A DNA stretch of 64,000 nucleotides from Octopus sinensis (Eukaryota): NCBI RefSeq assembly GCF_006345805.1, contig NC_042998.1, forward strand, positions 71,176,001-71,240,000. Direction: 5' to 3'. The notes under the pieces were generated by a model. The model was not told the DNA's origin. It saw only the letters and a program-made list of their open reading frames with translations, and searched no databases. The translations under genes were made by a program, and so were the position numbers. Every line of letters begins with the position of its first letter. Position 1 is the first letter of the stretch. This document shows, in pieces, positions 63,974 to 64,000 of this stretch.

Positions 63974-64000
63974 CATATATATACACATATATATATATAT
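63818..64000. repeat. (TA)n-rich array running off the window
   Basis: Directly visible. Confidence 0.95.

Overview
AT-rich, microsatellite-saturated animal genomic DNA. The repeat families look like those of octopus or another coleoid cephalopod; this is an inference from recalled repeat sequences, not from a search. No intact host gene is supported. The window is intergenic or intronic and made up of: a probably full-length RTE LINE with an intact 896-aa RT ORF (51258-55288, minus); fragments of HERO, R4/Dong, CR1 and Penelope retroelements; many tRNA-derived SINEs; several foldback/MITE elements; a ~1.15-kb tandem duplication bounded by (CA)n arrays; and an intronless, disabled actin fragment. 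The most striking signal is a pair of independent insertions, each flanked by a 13-14 bp target-site duplication (25341-26273 and 30702-31353). Each has a microsatellite core bracketed by two outward-facing copies of a tail containing a minimal hammerhead ribozyme core, and one also has a tRNA-Arg-like Pol III head. This suggests a ribozyme-bearing SINE mobilised by Penelope-like elements. A candidate minimal HDV-like double pseudoknot lies in the RTE 5' UTR. All alignments were done by eye, so coordinates are approximate unless a motif is quoted.
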